DNA of 64,000 nucleotides from Lepidodermella squamata (GCA_047495785.1 JBLDXI010000015.1:1178001-1242000), one strand, 5' to 3'; shown: positions 36,126 to 48,703, numbered from the stretch's first letter. A program made the numbers and translations. The notes: generated by a model from the letters alone, not told the origin.

Positions 36126-36976
36126 AAAGTATCACCTATGTCAATTCCAAATTACACTGTTTTCATATTGTGGGGTGGGCGGCAGAACGACTTGCCCAAA
36201 AAAGAACCAAATGGCGTTAAACTAACTTTTTGCATCTTTGCCAAGTCATCGCTAGAAAAAAGCATTGCCAGCTTTTTCTGCGTATCAAAAGCGCTATGCC
36301 ATTTGTTTCCGGCATACCGCTTTGGCGCGAAACCCGCGATATCATATCGTTTGTCTTAACATTTCTATTTTGCTCAATCTCAGGAATTCGAGCGTTGAAG
36401 GCAGACAGAAAAAATCATCAATGATTGAATAGTAGACTGGATGAAACGATTGGCACTTCATAACGATTGGCCTTGGTTTTTTGATTGCCTTCCAATCTAG
36501 GAGAAATAATAGAAATGAGGTAAATCAGAAACTTCAAATCTAAGCTTTCACCGAAAGTTACTTATCGGCATCACTAATTTTCGCATTTCGCCGCTTCCCA
36601 ACACTGCCATGACAGTTGTGGAAATTTACAGGTCAAATGAATTTGGTCTTTTTCAAGAGGTATCGAATGGTTTTTACGAAGTGCCGGAAATTTCTGCGAA
36701 TTCAGAGCTCCAGAGCTAAGCGGATATTGAGAAAGTTTTCAAATGTGGGGCAATTGGTTGCTGTTGACGGCATCTTTCTGTGGCAGATAGATATATCTTG
36801 CTACTTGCTACTACGCACTTTTCGATCTTTTTCGAGAAAAAGTATTCAATGAAAGTGGCACGAGATTATAAAAACGTGCAGCGTACGCTCTCATTCATTT
36901 TTAATTTGAAGTCTAATTTGAAGTTGTTGCATTCATCATTTAATCGCCCGTTACAGCGCTTGCTTTTCCCGTCATC

Positions 36977-38590
36977 ATGGTTTTCTTCAGTATTAAAAAC
37001 GAGAAATCGAGACATCTTCTGTTCGTAGTAGCCATGTTGAGTGTGACGAGCATCAGCAGCTTTATTATTTTTGGCTATCATCCGTACCTGATCTCGTCGA
37101 CATTCAGCGGCAGTCGAGCAGCGATTAGAGATTATCAACCTGAACAACTAATGATTGATGTAATTCTAAAAAATGCGTCATCTGGATTCGATGTATCGTC
37201 AACGTTCCTCGATTATAGGCGTGAGCTGCTTCAAAGGAACGAACAAGCAGAAAAGCTGAGAGCCGCCATCGAGGAATTCTACCTCTCCCCTATGCGCAAT
37301 GATCTCAAGCGCAACGACAGCACGTTGAAGGTATGCGCGTTGAGAACCTAAAAATATATTTCTTAAAAAATCATTTACTATATCGCTGATTCCGCTCAGG
37401 TGTTGGCTTATCGGTGCCTTGACAATGAATTTTGCTGCGGGTTCGGCGATCGGCTTCGTGGGCTGATTGGGACGTTCTATCTCGCCATGGCTCTCAACCG
37501 GCTCTACTACATCAACTGGAGAGGGAAAAGCTTTCTGGAAGATTTTTTCCCATTTGAGGCGATTGATCGTGGCCAAGTTGAGGCTGTCCTATCAAGGATT
37601 CCGGAGAATGCGAGCCGTAATTTAGCGCACATGAACGACAAAAGTGAATTCGAAGTCTATGAGCTTAGCAAATCCTCGCGATTAAGCATGGAATATGCAA
37701 ACATTAGCCATGTGTCGATCCGTTCTAACTTGATGGTTCCTATCGAAGGTCTGTTGAGCAATTCTGAGTTTACTGGACTTTTCAAACAGATCACGGAGCC
37801 CATTTTGGATAGTGCGCATCAGTTCATCGACGGATCTGTTTTCCTTTCAGCAGCACTGAGAATTCTTCTGCCTCGGCCGTCACAAAAATTGAAGTCTTTA
37901 TTCGACCAATGCCTAGTGATCCGTAGCGGTGGCTTAATCAAGTGGAATGGCGCCTTTAAAATCGGCGTTCAAATTCGCTTCGGAGACAAGGGAAAAAGTA
38001 AATGCAAGTTGAACGAAGTCCCATGTTTTGCCGAGCAGGTAGCGAACCAGATAGCTGATCAAATGTCGATTGAATCGACTGGCAGCAAGCCTAAATTCAT
38101 CATTTTTCTAACATGTGATAAATTTGCAAATGAAACTAGGGTATCTTTCATCGAGACTCTGCATCGAAAAACAAAAGGAAGAACGGATTTCGAGGTGATC
38201 ACCAGTGCTGATATTTGTCCTCAGCTGCAACCGCGCCATTCCGGCCAAGACAAGCCCCCAGTGGGCAGAGATGCTTCATGGATTTTCAACGCGAAGACCT
38301 TTCTGGATTTCTATACTCTGACTCAAATGGATGAACTCGTCATTTCACGGAGCGGTTTTGGCGAGCTAGCCTCTTACCACAGCTTGAAGCCAACATATCG
38401 ATACATGTGCTACGGCTGCACCTTCAGACAGTCAAAAATGGATACTTTACGGCCTATCGAGCACGGTTACGGAGTTGGATTGACATTTAAAAGCACAACT
38501 GACGAATCAATCAAACGTGAGTGCCGATTCGAACATTTCAATCGCATCGGTAGAAATTTCGGTTTCGAGTTGATCACTTGGCCGCGTTGA
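36977..38590 (+). CDS. Type II membrane fucosyltransferase-like protein (alpha-1,2/alpha-1,6/O-FucT superfamily, GT23/GT37-like), copy 1. Exons 36977-37330, 37400-38590
   Basis: CCGFGDRLRG, motif I KIGVQIRFGD, motif II IFLTCD, motif III LDFYTLTQMDELVISRSGFG, an N-terminal anchor and a 69-bp intron. Confidence 0.82.
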
Positions 38591-39132
38591 AGTGAAATAA
38601 AATTATCTTTATGTTGCTAAATCATGGGCTGATTTATCACGATGAAACATTCTTAGTGAGTCGATGGCTGAACTGTTTTCTTTCTCCTGTTAAATGCTAA
38701 ATATATGATGGGCGTAGCGATTCATAATACGTACTTGTATTAGGAATCGCTGGTGCACCTGGGCTGATGGTGTATATTTTTCTGTGCGAATGCTCTGGGA
38801 ATTCGTATTTGCGGTAGGATGATGGTAGATGGTAGATTGATATATTTTTATCGGCCTGATTGAGCAGCTACTGTAAATATTGATAAGATTGATGTTTGGT
38901 TGAGTTTGGCGCTGGGTTGAACCATTTAATCTTATGCAACAAATTAATTGAAGAGTCACTCTTTATTAATGGAATGAAATCGAGAAACTATGCACTCATA
39001 TAGCAGCATACAAGCTGACGCAGGGGTAGCGTCGGAGATGGATTAGGCCTGTTGCATAGAGCAATTAGCAAGAGTAGCAGAAATTCGAAATTGGAAGAAT
39101 TAATACCAAAAAGAAACTACGAATGGATTTGC

Positions 39133-39786
39133 TTATGCAGAGGCGGCGGTGGTGGGCTTCTTGTGGTTACGAGCCTTGGCAGAGCCAGAGCAAGAGCCAG
39201 ACTGAGCCTGTTGCTGCTGACGAGACTTGGGAGCGGCAGAGCCGGAGCCAGACTGACCCTGCTGCTGACGGGACTTGGCGGCAGCGGAGCCGGACTGCTT
39301 CTGCTGACGAGACTTGGGGGCAGCGGAGCCGGAGCCAGACTGACCCTGCTGCTGACGGGACTTGGCGGCAGCGGAGCCGGACTGCTTCTGCTGACGAGAC
39401 TTGGCGGCAGCGGAGCCGGAGCCAGACTGACCCTGCTGCTGACGGGACTTGGCGGCAGCGGAGCCGGACTGCTTCTGCTGACGAGACTTGGGAGCGGCAG
39501 AGCCGGAGCTAGACTGACCCTGTTGCTGCTGACGAGATGTGGCGGCAGCGCCAGACTGCTGCTGACGGGCTTCAGCTTCTTCCGCAGAGTCTTCTTCCTC
39601 GGAGGATTCCTCGGATTCGGAGTGCTCGTGGGAGTGCTCGTGGGAGTCAGAACCATGAGGAGGGGGAGGAGGAGGTCCGCGGGGTTGGCGGGCAACAGTG
39701 CCTGAGCCAGAGGCGGGTGGAGGACCCTGAGGGGCGGCCAAGACGGCGGCAACGAGAGCAGCAACCAAAGCGATGCGGACGAACAT
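39133..39786 (-). CDS. Secreted low-complexity repeat protein, copy 2 (217 aa)
   Basis: Same signal peptide, acidic block and C-terminus ARNHKKPTTAASA as copy 1, with fewer repeats. Confidence 0.85.
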   Translation of the reverse strand: MFVRIALVAALVAAVLAAPQGPPPASGSGTVARQPRGPPPPPPHGSDSHEHSHEHSESEESSEEEDSAEEAEARQQQSGAAATSRQQQQGQSSSGSAAPKSRQQKQSGSAAAKSRQQQGQSGSGSAAAKSRQQKQSGSAAAKSRQQQGQSGSGSAAPKSRQQKQSGSAAAKSRQQQGQSGSGSAAPKSRQQQQAQSGSCSGSAKARNHKKPTTAASA

Positions 39787-40898
39787 CTTTAGAGTTTAGT
39801 TTTTAGTAAACTAAGTAGATAAAAAGGATAAGAAGCCGAAGGATAGTTGTGATTTTAGCTCTGAATTTCGCCTGCTTTTATGGCCAAATCTTTACGTGGG
39901 ATGAGCGTTTCAGCTGCCTTCCCCCGTACTCGCGTGTTTGTTCGGCAAGGAAAGAGAACCGGGTCGATTTTGGTGCAATTTTACGAGCTGCCAATTTTTT
40001 ATTGCGACAGCTGACATTTCCATGGTTTTACCGTTCATTAGGTTCACGTGCATATCACGGCCGTGATGTGAGATGCTGCTGAATCAACAACAAACTACAA
40101 CCTTTTTTCTAATCCGCTGCTGGTGTGCGGAGAGAAACAACCGCGTGGGTTGATTCTGAACTAACTTTCCAGTCGTCGGCATTTTTTTGAACATTTTTAC
40201 AAGTTAGAAATACAACTCGATTCCGGCATGTCGAATCTTGTTTCTTTCATGTAATCTTAAAATCGTCCAAGAATGAACAGAAAATTTAAAATTCAAACAC
40301 TGTCATCCAGCATGTTTTCTTCAGTGATATGAATCACCTGCTTTAGCGATCCTATTACATTTCCGCGAAAACTAAAGTGTGAACATTCTTTTATGAAGCA
40401 AAGCGTCGGAAAGTTGGATTTTGTAACTAATTAAAAGTATAGCACTTTCGTTTTTTTGCGAACCGAAGTGTCCTGAAGTACGTCTCATGCTTCCAAACGT
40501 TTCGTAAGAAAACCATTGTATACAGCAAAGCGCTAGTCCTATCGCTCCACTACTCATGGCTGCATCGAGCCGGCATAACAAAAGCACCCAAGTACACTTG
40601 TACCGAAATTCCAAAGGTGCTAGGTTAACCCAAGTGCTACAATTAATTACAGGGAAGTGTGGTAAATGCTCGAGGCGAAAATATTTCACAGCTCAAAACT
40701 AAAAAAAGATAATGCGATTAATGCTCTTCCATCTCAGTTTATTCACGTATACGTTCATTTTACCTGCTCAATCTCAATCAGGTGCGGGAGATTACATTGA
40801 GGATTACGGTTTTCCGGCAGCTGCACCTGAAGTAGGCTAAACTTCCTTGTAGTTTATGAACTTGTTGAGCAACTAAAGTTTAATCTAGTTTAATCCAG

Positions 40899-41902
40899 AT
40901 GAACTATTGCAAAACAATCGGCAATTGCTAGATGCTTGTAGGGATGGAGATTTGATCCGGGTTCGAGAGCTGGTTCAGCGCCTGGAATCTAGCGGCCAGT
41001 TGCAAATCGACTGGCAGGATGATCGTGATTCGCCGTGCTTGCCCAACCTAAAACAAGCTACATGCCTCATCCACACGATTGAATGCATGAACGCAACAAT
41101 GCCCAGACTCGCTTTAGTCACTTACCTTCTTCAAAAAAGATCGAGAGTCTCCATGAAAACATCTAATGGCTTGACGCCGCTTATGCTGGCAGCTGGAAGG
41201 CCTCTAGGTCTGGACGTTGCCAAAGTCCTCATTCAACAAGGAGCTGCAGTTGATGATCGATCAGTTAATAATGGTACTGCTTTGATGTTTGCAGCTTCAA
41301 ACCGTGCTGGAACAGAAATAACTCGCATTTTGATTCAACAAGGTGCGTCTGTTAACGCAAAGGATTCAGCTAATTGGTCGCCTTTGATGTTCGCCGCGAT
41401 CAACAGTTTCGGTAATGATATTGCCCAATTACTCCTGGGTAGGGGTGCCTCAGTTGGCGACAAAAATTCGAATGGAGAATCGCCAATGTTCCTAGCGGCG
41501 AGTTTGAACTCTAGAGGCTGGGATATGATGAGTTTACTCATCAGCCGAGGAGCTTCGATCAATGATAGGACCAACAATGGGACAACAATTTTGATGGGAG
41601 CTTCAGGTAACCCAAATGGGACTGATTTGGTTAGGCTTCTACTCAGTCGCGGAGTTTCGGTCAATGAAAAATCAACCAAAGGCCAAACTGCATTGATGTT
41701 CGCTTCGGCATCCGACTTGACCCTGCCAACTGTGAGAATCTTGCTCGATCGAGGGGCAAATATTAATGATAGGACAGTTACTGGTGAGAGTTCACTGATG
41801 GTTGCAGCCAGGAATGGGGCGTCTGCTGTTGCGCGACTTTTAGTTAGCCGAGGGGCCTCTCGCGACGGCTGCAGCAGCATCTATTCTTCATGCAATTCAT
41901 AA
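40899..41902 (+). CDS. Ankyrin repeat protein (about 8-9 repeats); 5' exon not resolved
   Basis: Tandem G-x-T/S-P/A-L-M-F-A-A...L-L-x-R-G-A-S-V-N repeats. The ORF has no ATG at its start and follows an acceptor TAATCCAG at 40898, so an upstream exon is likely (possibly 40556-40616). Confidence 0.8.
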
Positions 41903-42820
41903 ATCCAAGATTCCGTGTTCGTTTTATGTAATAGCCAATAAATGTTATTTGGGAAAATTCTGAATTTTCATGTCAGGTCATAATTCCAAGTCAATAGCGT
42001 TACATCTGTAGTAGTAAATCTACCTTTATTCTTCTGTCATTATATGCCTATTTCTCAGCCAAGCTAGCGGTTTGTCTATGCCTCTCAACCCAAGTACGGA
42101 ATGGCAGTTGAGTCCCTTTTTCACGTGATCGCAGGAACTCAACATTTCGGCTGGGTGAAAAAGGGTAATACACCAAAAAAGTGACAAAGACTGAAAGGCC
42201 TACGTCAGAGAGGAGTTGTTCGACGCTGTTCGAAAACATTCAAAAAAAACATATTTTTTTACGCTGCCAATCTCTTAATTTCGATTCACTTATCTACCTC
42301 TTTATCGATTACGACGGTCATAGTTGAATTACACGTGGGTTTGAGGGAATATGAGTAGTTCAAAGCGTGATGTCTAGTCGGCAAATGTTCAAACGAACTA
42401 ATTTAAAATTTGACTTGGAAACTTGAAGTTTGTCCTTTATCGTCGGGCTTTCATCACAGAATGATAACACTGTAATGATGAACTGCAAACGATTGATCTA
42501 ATAATAGCAGGTATTCAAGTTTAGACGGCTGAAAGTGATTTGTTCTTTGTTCAGAGAAGCTCTTTCTGCATGCTTCTTGAACTGGCGATAAGAATTCGCC
42601 TTATAGCTCATGGGAGATGAGCTATCAGTCTCTACGCAAGCAATTAAGCTGTTGAGACTGATACACCTTGGCAAATAGCCTAATCGGCTGGATAGTTTTA
42701 CCTTTGATTAGCTGCTGAGTTGGGTAAACATTAATTTCCTATCGTTAGAACGCCTCCGCGGCAGGATCGGCAGGTTCCTTCGAAGTTAAAACAGAATAAT
42801 TCATCTTAGAATTAAGAAGA

Positions 42821-45316
42821 ATGAAATTTGGAACTTTGTGGACGTTTCTCATCGCCATCATGAGCAGTGTATCGGTGGCTCGGTCGAATATATTTGAATA
42901 CGTTATTGCTCAGAGTGATTCGACCGAAAATGCGACGCTCTCCACGCCAATGCCTAATTTCATCACGTCGAGGAATTTCGGCCGTGGCTCGTCGAAGAGG
43001 CAGGTTATCTCTATTCTAGCATTAATAAGCTACACCGGGCAAGTACCAAGTGGCGTCGCCTTAACAAAATCAATGGAACTGGCATTGGACCGTCTTCGAA
43101 GTCTCCCGAACTGGCTCCGCGGTTACGAGCTGATCATCGAGACTATCAATGACCAGTGTTTGGATGATCTTGTTATCCGCAAATTCACGGAAAGAGCAGA
43201 TTCGAAAGGCTATAAAGGCATTATACCGCTTCCTATTGTGATCGGAAGTTTGTGTTCTGCTCAAGGTCAATTATCACTGGCTCAGATGGTTAAACATTAC
43301 GATTGGGTTGCAATCAATGTCCTCCAACAGTCGATGGAACTGTTTCAAGACCGGACGAAGTATTCTAACTTTTTCGCACTAGCTGAGCCATCCGAAATAC
43401 CCGTCCTCGCGCTAATCCACACGGCCGAGAAAATCGGTTGGCGAAAGGTTGCTATCATAAGTGAAATAGATTCATTCTGGAACCGTATCGAACGGTATGC
43501 GATTAACCAACTTGAACAGCGAAATATAACCATAACATGGTACGGAAAAGTTCAGTACAAGTCCGTAGATGACGAGGAGTGGATGGAAGCTTTTACTGAA
43601 ATGGCAAGATATCATCCGAGGGTGATTTTCGTAGGAGGGAGCTCCAGCATCAGCATGGCTTGTTGGCTCTATAAGTTCGGATTTTATGGCCCGAATTATG
43701 TGATTTTATACCCAGGCTGGACTAGACCAAGCCCATCCGCTGAAATACCGTCCTTCATAAAATCATGGTGCACCATAGAAAACGTAGTGGCAGTGATTAG
43801 GTCCATGGTCACAGCAGGTTTATCGAGTGTTTTCAACGACTTCCGTGACTCAACTGGACTGTCGAAGCCTGAGATGGTGAATGCGGTTTCATCTAGGATC
43901 GTCAAACCAGAGAGTCTTATTGGCGCTATCAATCTTCACGGGTCAAATATGTACGATTTGGCTTTGTTCACTGGCTTTCTCGTCAATTCGACTGTAGCTG
44001 TGTCTGAGTCAAGTGAGCTTTGCTATACAATCGTTTGAAAATCATGAATAACATTCATTTTAGAGAATTTATCATTGGTAGAGATGGTTTCTGATAATGG
44101 AAAATTCTCAGCGGTTGATATAATCAAAGAAGCGCTGTTTACTATGCAGAAGGTTTACGGCCAATTGGGCGAGTTTCAATTCGATGCGAAGACACAATAT
44201 AACTCAAAAGGGCATAGCACATTCAAAATAGCTCAGGCTGATGTTGTGAATGGGCGAGAGGAGCTTTCGATAGGTGGAACGTTCCGCATTAGTCAAACTC
44301 CTCCGCTCGATCTTTGGCCTGGCAAGCTACGATGGAGAACCAAAGATGGAGCACCTCCCAAGGATAGAGTAACTTTCGTTGATATTGAAGTCCCTCTCAT
44401 ACCAGCCCACACTACTGGTATTCTCACAGCTGTTGGAGCAATCGAGATATTAGCGATTATTACAGCAATAGCCGTTGTAGTGGTCAAACACAAGCTAGGG
44501 GCTTCCTCGAGATTCAAAATCAGTAAGCTTGATTCGCTGCGATTTCTTGGAAATTCTCTAATATCGAGTCAAGTTTTCGCTTTACCAATCGGCGTTATCG
44601 GAGGACAGATTACCGAGAAATGTAACGCTTTATCTGCGCTGCTGATTCTGGGAATGTCCATATCAACATTTTCTATCATCGTAAAGTTGCGTGAACAGTT
44701 TCCACCAGGCGTGTTTAACTTGAAAGGATCGCCTATGCTGTGGAGTAAATCAAAGGTCCTATTCTTCACTGCGGCCTATTTCGGGTCAATAATCGCTTTG
44801 ATGACAGCTTTTCTCGCAATATCGCCATTCGAATCCGCTAAAGTTTTCTTGAACGGCTACTTCGACAGTGAAAATATGAGTGTTTACTACCACGAGTACG
44901 TCTCCATTTGTCGATTAAGAGGTGGAATCTCGAGTTTGGCACTTGCGATTTCTGTTACAGCCCATCAATTGCTTGCGCTAAGCGTCGCCGCATACCAAGG
45001 CTTCACGATTTACAAAACTCAAAACCGAAAGTCGAACTCAGATTTGAAGAGACTGAGCTTGAGTGTCTACGTTGTTTTCATGATCATCCTTGCTGCTTTT
45101 CTGATATCTTTGACTATGAACCAGCGTAGCGTGCTTATAGTAGCTTCTGCCGCTTGCCTGATCATCTCGGCTACTAATGTCATATTACCATTCACTGGGA
45201 AGCCGCGTCTTGGTAAATTAGACACCGGTGTGGTACAGAAGGTAGCACGAGTACCGAATCGTGGATCGTTCAGGGTTCCGAAAGTACCTTCACGGCCACG
45301 ATTGACGACAGCCTGA
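42821..45316 (+). CDS. Class C GPCR, GABA-B-like architecture (Venus flytrap plus 7TM, no Cys-rich domain), copy 1. Exons 42821-44012, 44064-45316
   Basis: Signal peptide, periplasmic-binding-type domain (LRGYEL...DQC, IGSLCS, GWRKVAII, PRVIF), linker WRTKDGAPPKD, seven TM helices and a 51-bp phase-1 intron. Confidence 0.85.
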
Positions 45317-46029
45317 TTCATATGCGGGAGCCTGATGAGTATTTGAGGGTGGCACAACATCTTGATCGGCTGCCTGGAACAAATTTGATTCGTCTTAGTT
45401 TACATAATACCTTTATCATACTGAATAAGCGATCATTTCTCTAATATGTGTACCGAAATTTCCATAACAAGCAGCCCAATACAACTTTCAGATCCAATAA
45501 CTCTGCTTACGTCCCTTTCAACGGGATGGGAAGCGAAAAATAAAAAGGGGCAGCGTTGAGTGAAAAGACAGAGGCGAATTACTTCTTCGTAAAGGTGACG
45601 TAATCTAAGGTGCACTCCGAGCTTTCGACACATTCATTCCTGCCTGATCATTTCGGCAACTGCAGCGTCTGGCAGAAGTTTGAAATAACTTTTAGTTACT
45701 AATAAGCTGGTGCTCCGTCTTGTTCAAAGATGTAAAAGTCATTTTGCTGTTCGCTGGCAGTCATTGAACTGGCCATTTGGATCGAGGCGTTTTAGAAAAA
45801 GCAGCGAAAGTATTGAGTGAAGTCTATATTAATCCCATACATCTATCATAGCGTAAACCAACGTAACCAAGCTGGTAAAAATACTGTAATGCTCGAAAAT
45901 ATACGGCATACCAGTATAATATATCCCCAATTCATAATATAATACTATCACAATAAAAATAATTCGTTTCATAGCCCGTGGTAAATGTTCGAGAGATACT
46001 GTAAGCCTCCAGTGCGCATAAATTCTGGA

Positions 46030-46153
46030 TGGCTGTTCCACGCGAAAACCTTTCTTGATTCTACGCTTCGACTCGCATGGATAAATTCGTCTTTTCACGC
46101 TGCAGTTATTGCTAGCTAGCCTCTTACCACACACAGCTTGAGCCCAACATATC
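46030..46153 (+). pseudogene. Fucosyltransferase relic (motif III region)
   Basis: TGGCTGTTCCACGCGAAAACCTTTCTTGATT...GCTAGCCTCTTACCAC...CCAACATATC aligns to FucT copy 1 at about 38278-38400, with indels and a stop. Confidence 0.75.
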
Positions 46154-46661
46154 TGAACCAGTAGATTTAGCAGGATGGATCTATAACGCTGTATAGATCG
46201 CTAATAGCTTATTTTTGTTATCAAATCGGCTGAGTTGATGTCGAAACATTTAAAGACTTTGGGTGAAATTTGCGTACTGCTATGATTGAAAAAACCTGGG
46301 TTGATCAGTGCGGAATTCCCGTTAAAATGCTCTGAGAATTCAAGTTGCAATTTGCGGCAGAATGATGTAGAACTTGATAAGAAACTGAACATTTGAATTT
46401 AGCCCCGTGGAAGTTGAATGGAAGGCGCCTATTTAACTTGGGTCAAACTTTCTCGGAAAAACTGTGATATGATGATGTTTCATTTTTATTTATCGGATGA
46501 AAAGAAACTATGTAAACACAACATAATACGACCTGCCCTTGCAACTGACACAAGTAAGGCCTTGGAAAATAATTTAGGTCAGGTGCAGAGCAAGTGTTGA
46601 CCCGAATAAAAGAGTAATAGAAAGAATCGGAAAAAGAATCGAAGTAAATAGCCGAAACTGC

Positions 46662-47306
46662 TTATGCAGAGGCGGCAGTGGTGGGCTTCTTGTGATTACG
46701 AGCCTTGGCGGAGCCAGACTGGCCCTGCTGCTGACGGGACTTGGGGGCGGCAGAGCCGGAGCCAGACTGACCCTGCTGACGAGACTTGGCAGAGCCAGAG
46801 CAAGAGCCAGACTGCTTCTGCTGACGAGACTTGGCGGCGGCAGAGCCGGAGCCAGACTGACCCTGCTGCTGACGAGATTTGGCGGCAGCGGAGCCGGACT
46901 GCTTCTGCTGACGAGACTTGGCGGCGGCAGAGCCGGAGCCAGACTGACCCTGCTGCTGCTGACGAGACTTGGCGGCAGCGGAGCCGGACTGCTTCTGCTG
47001 ACGAGACTTGGCGGCGGCAGAGCCGGAGCCAGACTGACCCTGCTGTTGCTGACGAGATGTGGCGGCAGAGCCAGACTGCTGCTGACGGGCTTCAGCTTCT
47101 TCCGCAGATTCTTCTTCCTCGGAGGATTCCTCGGAGTCGGAGTGCTCGTGGGAGTGCTCGTGGGAGTCAGAACCATGAGGAGGGGGAGGAGGAGGTCCGC
47201 GGGGTTGGCGGGCAACAGGGCCAGAGCCAGAGGCAGGGGGAGGACCCTGAGGAGCGGCCAAGACGGCGGCAACGAGAGCAGCAACCAAAGCGATGCGGAC
47301 AAACAT
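46662..47306 (-). CDS. Secreted low-complexity repeat protein, copy 3 (214 aa)
   Basis: Same ends as copies 1 and 2, with a different repeat order. Confidence 0.85.
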   Translation of the reverse strand: MFVRIALVAALVAAVLAAPQGPPPASGSGPVARQPRGPPPPPPHGSDSHEHSHEHSDSEESSEEEESAEEAEARQQQSGSAATSRQQQQGQSGSGSAAAKSRQQKQSGSAAAKSRQQQQGQSGSGSAAAKSRQQKQSGSAAAKSRQQQGQSGSGSAAAKSRQQKQSGSCSGSAKSRQQGQSGSGSAAPKSRQQQGQSGSAKARNHKKPTTAASA

Positions 47307-48051
47307 CTTTAGAGTTTAGTTTTTAGTAAACTAAGTAGATTAAAAGGATAAGAAGCCGAAGGATAGTTGTGATTTTAGCTCTGAATTTCGCCTGCTTTTA
47401 TGGCCAAATCTTTACGTGGGATGAGCGTTTCAGCTGCCTTCCCCCGTACTCGCGTGTTTGTTCGGCAAGGAAAGAGAACCGGGTCGATTTTGGTGCAATT
47501 TCACGAGCTGCCAATTTTTTATTGCGACAGCTGACATTTCCATGGATTTACCGTTCATTAGGTTCACGTGCATATCACGGCCGTGATGTGAGATGCTGCT
47601 GAATCAACAACAAACTACAACCTTTTTTCTAATCTCCGCTGCTGGTATGCGGAGAGAAACAACCGCGTGGGTTGATTCTGAACTAAATTCCCAATCGTCA
47701 GCATTTTTCATTTTGAACATATTTACAAGTATAACTCGATTCCGTCATGTGGAAACTTATTTCGCTCGTGTAATTTTGAAATCGTCCAAGAATAAACAGA
47801 AAATTCAAAATTTAAACACTGTCATCCAGCATGTTTTCTTCAGTGATAGGAAGCACCTGCTTTTGAGATCCTGTTACATTTCCGCGAAAAGCTAAAGTTT
47901 GAATATTCTTTAATGAAGCGTCAGAAAGTTGGACTCTGCATGCACCTAATGGAAAGTATCGTAAATTCTTTTTTTCTGTGATCCGCCGTGTCCTGTCTCA
48001 TGCTTCCCATGCGTTTTCGTAATATTCTTCTCATTGCGCTCGGAGAACATT

Positions 48052-48220
48052 GGGTGCGTTTCTTTATTCTGTTGAATTTTATTTTATTCTTGTTGTTTTT
48101 AAGCAAAATAAACTCGCGTGCCTCCTAACATGTGTAAAACACACCGGCTTTAAAGAAATGTAATGTATTTTTCGATTTTCTAAAACAAAAAATCAGAAAC
48201 ACGAGTTTAGAAACGCACCC
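48052..48220. mobile_element. PIF/Harbinger-like MITE, 169 bp
   Basis: 12-bp TIRs GGGTGCGTTTCT and AGAAACGCACCC, with a 3-bp direct repeat ATT on both sides (48049-48051, 48221-48223). Confidence 0.65.
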
Positions 48221-48703
48221 ATTGGTCGTAACATTGGAACAAGTAAGATACAGGTTTAAGATATAGCAGTTTTCCATGGCAGTTCCGCAGTATTAAGTTC
48301 AAGTCATAATCGAATTCTCCGTTTCTGATTTTAACCTCGCAGATTTCTTCGCGATTGTCCTGGTTTTATCGATTATGACGCTAATAAGGAATTAATTATA
48401 CGTGACTTTATTTGTCGAGACGTATATGCCGAACTTAAGTTCAAAGCGTGTGCAGTAAATAAATTAACGAACTAATTTGCAATCGAAGTTCACATTTTAT
48501 TAGCCGTCGGCTCATAGCAAATAAAATTGGACATGAATACACACCAATCAAGAGTTGTTGAGACCGTGACATCTTAATAAGCAGCTTAATTACCTAGATA
48601 GTTCACATTATGAGTTGCTGCGGAGCTTGGTACTCATCCTTTATCCGAGACATGCCGGCATGATAGTCAACTTCAAACGGAATAATACAAAGATTAAGAG
48701 AAA

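Noticed and set aside
45641-45661. 21-bp match to TM7 of class C GPCR copy 1
   Set aside because: Too short to call a pseudogene; at most a tiny duplication scar.
33340-47306. Fungal-style RiPP cluster (repeat precursor plus oxygenase)
   Set aside because: The repeats lack KR/RR Kex2 sites and aromatic core residues, the dioxygenase has no secretory signal, and no DUF3328-like gene is present. It is kept only as a minor alternative under the secreted-protein finding.
34885-47326. Long alternative-frame and antisense ORFs over the three repeat genes (for example 34885-35844 +, 34997-35830 +, 34924-35802 -)
   Set aside because: These are shadows of a GC-rich in-frame repeat that lacks stop codons. 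Only the minus-strand MFVRIAL frame has a signal peptide, a conserved ATG and stop, and a conserved upstream promoter.
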